From IMG/VR virus record IMGVR_UViG_3300018080_000161: a stretch of DNA of 20,000 nucleotides; one strand, given 5' to 3'. A program made the translations under genes and the position numbers. This DNA comes from an uncultured virus (IMG/VR IMGVR_UViG_3300018080_000161) (lineage: Duplodnaviria; Heunggongvirae; Uroviricota; Caudoviricetes). Below, one piece after another: positions 16,716 to 20,000 of the stretch. Position 1 is the stretch's first letter, and each line of letters opens with the position of its first letter. The notes below the pieces were generated by a model. The model was not told where the DNA came from. It saw only the letters and a list, made by a program, of their open reading frames with translations, and did not search any database.

Positions 16716-17335
16716 CTGACGGCAAGTTCGCACCCGACCCCAACGGCTACTTCATCTTCTTCATCAAGTCCTCCGAGCGTGACGAGGCCGAGGACGCGAA
16801 GAAGCAGTACGAGAGCCCCGTGGGCATGATGTGGTACGAAGCACGTCAGGAGGCCAGCATAGCGCTCGGAGTGCCCTGCGAGGCGCTGGGGTGGGGCAAG
16901 TACAACAAGCCCCAGGAAGAGAGCGACGCCGAGGCGTACGAGCCCGAGAGCAAGCCCGAGGAGCGGCTCAAGGTCAACTCGATCGGGACCTGCCGCAAGT
17001 GTGGCTACCACGGGCCTGGACCGGAGCACCCCTGCCTCGTGGAGCCCAAGCCGGGCGAAGAGGAGCCGACCTTCTGGAAGAAGACGTGGCCCCGGAGGAA
17101 GAAGGAGACGCCGGCATCCCCGAGCTTCACCCGCGCCTCGTGGTGCACGCAGTTCTACATGATCTGCTTGACGCGGGAGGCTGCGGAACCTCCCTTCGTC
17201 TACCACGTCGAGGTCTCGAGACTCGCGCGCCAGCTCAAGTGCTTCGAAGGGCCGAACTGGCAGAAGCTCGTCAAAGAAGCGAAGGAGTGGACCCTTGCCT
17301 ACCACCGGGGCGAGGAGGAAGGGGACTGGAAATGA
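16712..17335 (+). CDS. hypothetical protein with Cys/His motif
   Basis: 207 aa; CRKC...HPC. Confidence 0.75.
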   Translation: MTDGKFAPDPNGYFIFFIKSSERDEAEDAKKQYESPVGMMWYEARQEASIALGVPCEALGWGKYNKPQEESDAEAYEPESKPEERLKVNSIGTCRKCGYHGPGPEHPCLVEPKPGEEEPTFWKKTWPRRKKETPASPSFTRASWCTQFYMICLTREAAEPPFVYHVEVSRLARQLKCFEGPNWQKLVKEAKEWTLAYHRGEEEGDWK

Positions 17336-17589
17336 TCTCGAAGAGGTTGAGCAGCGGTAGGCTCGTCCGAGTCGCCGCCGTCATCGTGGAGCTCGAGGAC
17401 AAGCATGCCACGACGAACATCGGCGAGAGCGTGTGCGACTCGGCGGGGGTGGAGTTTTCCAATTCCGGGCTGACTTTCCTCGAGACCAGCTCCTTCGCTC
17501 GAGCTCTGGCAGCTCAACTCGAGCTCACGGGAGACGAATCGCACGAGCTCGGCGCGTGGCTCAAGAGCCTGCGCTTGGAGGAGACATGA
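17332..17589 (+). CDS. hypothetical protein
   Basis: ATGA coupling; MISKRLSSG... Confidence 0.65.
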   Translation: MISKRLSSGRLVRVAAVIVELEDKHATTNIGESVCDSAGVEFSNSGLTFLETSSFARALAAQLELTGDESHELGAWLKSLRLEET

Positions 17590-18059
17590 CTGCTACTGGG
17601 AACCGAGTCCGAAGCATGGTCCATCCCAACTACATCTTGAGGCTCTGCGCGTACGTCGCACGCAACACCGTGGACGAGGAGGAAGACGTGGCGCTGGACC
17701 TCGTGGTCAACGCGCGCCGGCAGCTCGACCTGATGATCCGGATCCTGCGGGGAAGCGAGTGGGCGCTCGAGCGGCCCGACGACTGGCGCGTCTGCTCTTG
17801 CCCAATATGTGAAGCAGACGGCACCATCGACCAGAAGACCTACGACCGGAGCGGCGAGCACGCCGACGACTGCCCCTTCCGCCAACTGTTCGAACTGACG
17901 GCCTACCCCGAGCTCGAGCAGATCACGAAGCTGGCTGCGCACATCCGCAAGTATGACAGGGAGCACGCGAACGACGGGCCCGACAAGAAGAACCAGTGGA
18001 GGGAGACGCGCGGCCGGTTGCTCGAGCAGATCCTCGCCGCTGCCCTGGGAGAGCCGTGA
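17586..18059 (+). CDS. hypothetical protein with Zn-binding motif
   Basis: SD GGAGGAG; CPIC...HADDC. Confidence 0.75.
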   Translation: MTATGNRVRSMVHPNYILRLCAYVARNTVDEEEDVALDLVVNARRQLDLMIRILRGSEWALERPDDWRVCSCPICEADGTIDQKTYDRSGEHADDCPFRQLFELTAYPELEQITKLAAHIRKYDREHANDGPDKKNQWRETRGRLLEQILAAALGEP

Positions 18060-18271
18060 GCTACCGGGAGCCCAAGATCAAGTGCAAGTACGAGGACGTC
18101 GTCGAGCAGTGGCGGGGCGGCTGCCACAACCACGCCAGGGCTAGTGGCTACTGCTATCTGCACGAGAGAATGGTACGCTCGAGGCTGAGAGCAACGTCAT
18201 GCCCCCATCCCGCAAACGCCCCCCTGAAGAAGACGGCGGCTTCCTGTTCTACGTCGTCACCCTCGTCGTAG
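18056..18271 (+). CDS. small CCCH-type Zn-binding protein
   Basis: GTGA coupling; C..C..CYLH; 3' end overlaps next ORF. Confidence 0.5.
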   Translation: MSYREPKIKCKYEDVVEQWRGGCHNHARASGYCYLHERMVRSRLRATSCPHPANAPLKKTAASCSTSSPSS

Positions 18272-18327
18272 CCTTCGCGGTTTTCGCGGGCATGCTCGTG
18301 TGGGCCAGCAAGCACCTATGGAAGTGA
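18199..18327 (+). CDS. small single-pass membrane protein (not in ORF track)
   Basis: MPPSRKRPPEEDGGFLFYVVTLVVAFAVFAGMLVWASKHLWK. Confidence 0.55.
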   Translation: MPPSRKRPPEEDGGFLFYVVTLVVAFAVFAGMLVWASKHLWK

Positions 18328-18334
18328 GAACCTC

Positions 18335-18667
18335 ATGCAGCTCGACCGACTCATCCTCGAAGCCCGCGACATCGTAGAAGACGATGCCATGACGTACCTG
18401 CGCACGAAGTCACCCATGGCGAAGATCATCGACGGCATGGCGAAGGCGATGAAGCCCGACCGCTTCGGTATGAAGGACGCCCGCGTGGTCATCGACGCCT
18501 GGTTCGAAGGCAAGGAGCCCGACCCGAAGTACGCCAAAGCCTGGAAGTACCTGCTCAGCCCCCAAGGCAAGAAGATGCTCGTCGCCGTCACGAAGGGAGT
18601 CGCGAACGCGTTGGGCAAGGGCGGGATGCGCGATATTCGCAAGGCTGTCGCGGCGTTCATGGCGTGA
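18335..18667 (+). CDS. basic hypothetical protein with shared N-terminal leader motif
   Basis: MQLDRLILEARDIVED...; 110 aa. Confidence 0.8.
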   Translation: MQLDRLILEARDIVEDDAMTYLRTKSPMAKIIDGMAKAMKPDRFGMKDARVVIDAWFEGKEPDPKYAKAWKYLLSPQGKKMLVAVTKGVANALGKGGMRDIRKAVAAFMA

Positions 18668-18691
18668 GGCCATAAAACCGATAAAGATCAC

Positions 18692-18725
18692 TTGACAATC
18701 GCTGCCCATGTGATATTATATGGGC
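18692..18725 (+). promoter_or_regulatory. sigma70-type leaderless promoter
   Basis: TTGACA(18692-18697)-16-TATTAT(18714-18719) with TG extension, 6 nt to ATG 18726. Confidence 0.8.
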
Positions 18726-19802
18726 ATGACGACGAAGATCAGCAAAACGAACCGCGACCGGGCCCGAGGCTGTCTGCTTGGCTTGTTCATCGGAGACAAC
18801 CTTGGAGGACTGGTCGAGTTCCTCAGCGCGGAAGCCATCGCGAGCAAGCACCCCGAGGGTGTGACCGAGATGCAGACGGGCGGCGGCTGTTGGCGTATCG
18901 CGGCAGGCCAGCCGACCGACGACGGCGAGCTCGCCCTGTCGTTGGCCCACAGCATCCTGGTAAACGACGGTTACGACCCCGAGATGGCCCTCACGCTGTA
19001 CGAGCAATGGCTCAACAGCCGTCCGTTCGACTGCGGCAACACCATCCGTAGCGGCATCTGCGGCAACCTTTCGTACGACAGCCAAGCCAACGGCGCCCTG
19101 ATGCGGCTCGGCCCCCTGCCCGTCTTCGGTGCCTTCCTTGCCGACGACGTCGCCGACCTTGCGGCAGCAGACGCCTGCGTGACCCATCCCAACCTGGTCT
19201 GCCAGGTCGCGAACCGCGTGTTCGCGGACGGCATTGCCTACGCCATCCGTGAGGGTGTCTCGCGGGAGCTCGTCTACACGCACATGGTCGCCCACGCCCA
19301 CCGGTTGCTGCACGACGATGGCATCGAGGAAGCAAAAGTGATCTTGGACGCGCTCGTGGACGGCGCGGGAGGGTGCCCGGAGGACGCGTCCCACCTGATG
19401 GGCTGGGTCCGTCACGCCGTGCAGATCGCGGCCCATGAACTGCTGCATGCCGAGGACTTCCGCAGCGGCGTCATCCATGCGGTGGCGCAGGGCGGCGACA
19501 CAGACACCAACGGAGCCATCACGGGCATGCTGCTCGGCGCCTGCTTCGGCCAGAGCCAGATCCCCGGTGACTGGGTCGAGACGATCGCGAACAGCCAGAG
19601 CACCCGCGAGTCGGGGACCGCGCACCCTAGGCCCCATTGGCTCTGGTCCTGCCAAGCCATCGACCTTGCCGACCGGCTGCTTGAGCTCGGCGCCGACCTG
19701 GCGGGTGCCATGCGCTGCATCGAGACCGAGCAGAAGGAAGCCACGCCGACCCAGACCATCGTCGGCAACGGCAACATCCAAATCGGCGGGAGCGTGAAGT
19801 GA
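18726..19802 (+). CDS. ADP-ribosylglycohydrolase (DraG/ARH family)
   Basis: RARGCLLG...GDNLG...GQPTDD...NGALMR...THP...GGDTDTNGAITG.LLGA motifs; start 18726 chosen from promoter geometry (ORF track gives 18720). Confidence 0.93.
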   Translation: MTTKISKTNRDRARGCLLGLFIGDNLGGLVEFLSAEAIASKHPEGVTEMQTGGGCWRIAAGQPTDDGELALSLAHSILVNDGYDPEMALTLYEQWLNSRPFDCGNTIRSGICGNLSYDSQANGALMRLGPLPVFGAFLADDVADLAAADACVTHPNLVCQVANRVFADGIAYAIREGVSRELVYTHMVAHAHRLLHDDGIEEAKVILDALVDGAGGCPEDASHLMGWVRHAVQIAAHELLHAEDFRSGVIHAVAQGGDTDTNGAITGMLLGACFGQSQIPGDWVETIANSQSTRESGTAHPRPHWLWSCQAIDLADRLLELGADLAGAMRCIETEQKEATPTQTIVGNGNIQIGGSVK

Positions 19803-20000
19803 AGACGAACATCGAACTGATCGACCACAACACCCGAGAGACGCTCGAGACGCGCTGGAAGCTCGAAGTTGCGGTCGTCCCCGCCAAGGGGGACGTGTTC
19901 GAGACGAGCGAGGGCGTCTACCTCGTCATCAACCGACGATTCATCCTGGTGTGCCCGACCGAGATGCACGTGAGGCTGGGCGTGGAGAAGCTGGAGGACA
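19799..20000 (+). CDS. hypothetical protein, partial
   Basis: GTGA coupling; MKTNIELIDHNTRE... open to window end. Confidence 0.7.
   Translation, partial: MKTNIELIDHNTRETLETRWKLEVAVVPAKGDVFETSEGVYLVINRRFILVCPTEMHVRLGVEKLED

Noticed and set aside
18185..19843. CTCGAG-free gaps (also ~3300-4800, ~6000-7390) as markers of recent acquisition
   Set aside because: With mean spacing near 370 bp and ~54 intervals, gaps of ~1.5 kb are not clearly beyond chance
1..20000. tRNA, rRNA, transposase or structural phage genes
   Set aside because: No cloverleaf/T-loop signatures or recognisable motifs seen by eye; phage origin is therefore inferred from gene architecture only

Overview
High-GC (roughly 65% by eye), densely packed stretch of about 45 mostly short + strand ORFs. 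Most are translationally coupled (ATGA/GTGA/TGATG overlaps), with one partial divergent gene at the left edge. This is most consistent with the accessory/early region of a large dsDNA phage or similar mobile element; no structural, replication, rRNA, tRNA or CRISPR features were seen. Recognisable products: a Dam/D12-class DNA adenine methyltransferase, an XRE-HTH regulator followed by a conserved protein of unknown function, an XF1762/Mom-like GNAT protein and an ADP-ribosylglycohydrolase. The most striking patterns: (i) nine promoters whose -10 hexamer sits 6 nt (once 7 nt) before a start codon (leaderless mRNAs), in two classes; (ii) most of these -10 boxes lie inside sequence-unrelated hairpins with sense-strand G-U pairs that would occlude the start codon in read-through RNA; (iii) several unrelated small proteins share an N-terminal L-x-x-L-I-x-E-x-R-x-h-h-E leader resembling a capsid-targeting/protease-cleaved propeptide; (iv) CTCGAG is strongly over-represented; (v) a candidate ~65-nt sRNA lies between divergent promoters. 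All counts and folds were done by hand.
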